Below, piece by piece: positions 61,601 through 64,000 of a stretch of 64,000 nucleotides of DNA; the stretch's first letter is position 1; each line of letters opens with the position of its first letter. Origin of the DNA: Peribolospora baueri. Its lineage: Eukaryota. A program made the position numbers and the translations under genes. The notes under the pieces were generated by a model. The model worked only from the letters and a program-made list of their open reading frames with translations, did no database searches and was not told the origin of the DNA. Location of the stretch: positions 248,001 through 312,000 of the forward strand of contig JAMDHS010000014.1 of NCBI GenBank assembly GCA_029717555.1. The letters run 5' to 3'.

Positions 61601-64000
61601 TTGGCTCAGGCCCGTGGCATTTCCGCCAAAGTCCTGCCTACCGACGTCGCCTTCCATTCCCCGCTCGTCGAACTCGCCAAGAATGAATACGTTCGGCTCA
61701 TGGAGGAAGTGTTCCGGTCCGCAACGGAGCTGCGCGCTCCAACGGTGCGGACGTACTCGACTTTTACCAGCACGGTCCGTACGGCATCTTACGACGCTCA
61801 GTACTTCTGGGACAACGCTCGGTCACCCGTCCTGTTCGATAAGACGGTCAGGCACATCTTGGCGGACCTCCGTTCGGAGGAGCCTCCCATATTCGTCGAG
61901 CTGGCTCCCCATCCCGCCCTCTCTCCGTACGTCGTCGCGCTCGGCGTCGCGGCCGAGGACGTCATTTGTCCGATGCGGCGGCCTCGATTGTCCGCACAGA
62001 AACCGGAGACGGCCGACGCGGTCGCCCTGCTCGGGGCCGTCGGCCGTTTCTTCGCCTCCGGTTTCGACGACGTCGCCCTCGCCGCTTGCAGCCTCGACGA
62101 GAAGGAGAGCCAGTCGTGGACCGTCGTACCCGCTCCGGAGTATCCCTTCCAGCGGAAGCACGTGCCCTTCCACATGGACCACCCTTCCTTCTCCCGCCGG
62201 CTCGCTCCCGCTCGTCGGCCGCTGCAAGGAGAGCTCCTGCGGATCAACACTGAGACGCATCCGATCCTGGCGGAGCACGTCATCAAAGGCGCGCCGATCA
62301 TGCCCGCTGCCGGGTTCCTTGAGACGGCTTTCCAAACAGCGAACGCCACCGTCCTCTGGGACGTCGAGTTCCAAGAGGCTCTGACTCTCTCGAGCGACCC
62401 GCCCGCCACCGTCCAGGTGCGCGTCCAAGACGAGCACTTTACGATCCGCACGTCGTCCGCAGGATCGAGTGCGGCCGGGTCCGAGAACAGCTTCGACAGA
62501 ACGCACTGCCAAGGCTTCGCATCGCGGCCTTCCAAGGCCATCCCAGCTCCTGCGTTCTTGGACGTGGCCGCCGTGCGCTCCCGCTGTGCCGACGTCGTGC
62601 CTGGCAGGTCTGTCTACGAGGTCGGGTTCAAGGGAATCGCCTCTTTCGGGCCGCACTTTCGAAGGATTGTCGAATGCCACCAGGGCGGGGACGAACTGCT
62701 ACTTCGCGTCAAGGGAGGCTTCGCCGATGAGGACGCGGCCGCCGGCTTCTTCTTGCACCCCAGCGTGCTCGACGCCTGCTTCCAGTCGGTCCTCATCTTT
62801 GTCATGCAGCACGGTGAAATGTTCCCCGACTGGGACCAGCGCGATTTTTACCTGCCTTCCAGAGCTGGCCGCGTCGTCCTTCACGAGCACAACCTCAACC
62901 GAAGCTCGGGCTCGCGCGAACCGACGCTGTGGGTGCATGCCAGAATGCGTGGCTGGCGCCCGGAAGCCATTGAGGCCGACGTGGATTTGTACGGGCCGGA
63001 TGGCGAGCCCCTCTGCTCGATCTCCCGGTGCGAGGCCGCCAGACACTCGGGCTCCAATGTTGTCTCCGTTGGCACTCGCTACGAGCCTATTTGGCAGCCT
63101 TACTGCGTGCCGAAATGTCCAGGCCCGGCCGGCCTCGGGACGGTCCCGGCAGCCTTGGACTCGACGGTCCTCTCCGCGTTGGATACCTTTTCGCGTCCCG
63201 AGGTCGTCCTCGTCGGCGGGAAAGGTCCTAAGGACTTGTCGGAGCTGGAGCAGCTCCTATCCGAGGCACAGCCCTACGCTTGGGAGCTCATCAAGTCTGT
63301 GGCAGCCCGTCAGAAGACGTTGACGTCGAACCCTTCGGGCGAGTTCCTGGAACTTTTCATCGCCTATCATGAGCAGATCTGCCGAGAATCGTCCGTCCTT
63401 TCCGATGTCCGATCGGCCTTCGTCGCACAGGTGCATCATCTCATCCGCTCAGGCAAGCGTGCCATACGCGTTCTCGAACTCGGAACCGGCGCCATCGCGG
63501 GAGGCCTGACGCAGATGCTTTGTTCCTCCATCTCCGAGTCGGGCCTGTTGGACATGGCAGTCGTCGAGTACTTTGTTTGCGATTCGTCTCTGGGTCGCGC
63601 GGAGACGGCCGCGGCCCGGGCTTCCTCCTACCCATATCTGAGGTTGACAGTGCTCACCGACGCGTCCCAATGTCCGGCTGCTTTCGACATCTTGACTGGA
63701 TTCCATTGCCTCGGCGGTCGCTCACATCGTGGAGAAACTCTCGCGGATGTCGACAGATACCTCGTCCCTGGCGGCTTCCTTTGCACAGTCGAGACCGACG
63801 GACGAGCGTGGCGTGAACGACGGCCCGGAACGACGTGGTACGACTATGCGATGAGTCGTGTTTGCCCAGGCCATCTTGAGGTTCATGGCGGACAGCTCCC
63901 CTTGGATGCCGGGGGCTGGTCGCAAGCGTTGCGTGCTGCCGGCATGGTGGATGTCGCCGTGACCGCCGCGGCCCCGGCCGGGGATGCGAACGAACTCTTT
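58664..64000 (+). CDS. Iterative type I reducing polyketide synthase (KS-AT-DH-degenerate MT...), truncated by the window end
   Basis: KS: PLAIVGIACELP, DTACSSS, SPDGKCKPFDADANGFSRGEG, ELHATGT, KGNVGHLE, YGIGGSNGHVVLE. AT: FSGQGPQ, GHSAGE, AFHS. DH: EHVIKGAPIMPAAG, HPSVLDACFQ. MT-like: RVLELGTGAIAGG...LVPGGFL. The final exon reads open from ~60378 to the end of the window. Confidence 0.95.

Noticed and set aside
61260..63323. 374, 285, 284 and 247 aa ORFs in the PKS region
   Set aside because: Wrong frames. The true PKS frame is missing from the track because it has no stop before the window end.

Overview
GC-rich, intron-dense fungal genomic DNA. GT(R)AG donors, CTRAC branch points, short introns and the gene content point to a basidiomycete; the exact lineage cannot be determined from the sequence. 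The first ~40 kb is a compact block of mostly housekeeping genes: RPL22/RPS19 (divergent pair), RIO1, ILV3, an NCS1 permease, alpha-actinin, two small unknown or Alb1-like genes, cofilin, YPD1, a GT31 glycosyltransferase, POB3, an SH3-Cdc25 Ras-GEF and VDAC. After ~40 kb the window looks accessory. It holds a 3-exon secreted precursor with three Gly/Ala-rich hydrophobic repeats separated by Kex2-type sites (the most novel-looking element), a ~4 kb gap with no recognisable genes, and then a possible secondary-metabolite locus. That locus comprises an alpha/beta hydrolase with a PTS1-like tail, an MCT-type MFS transporter, a DUF6533-like membrane protein and a reducing type I PKS (KS-AT-DH-degenerate MT...) that runs off the window end. 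Gene models were spliced by eye, so CDS spans include introns. Family names come from recalled motifs, not database searches.
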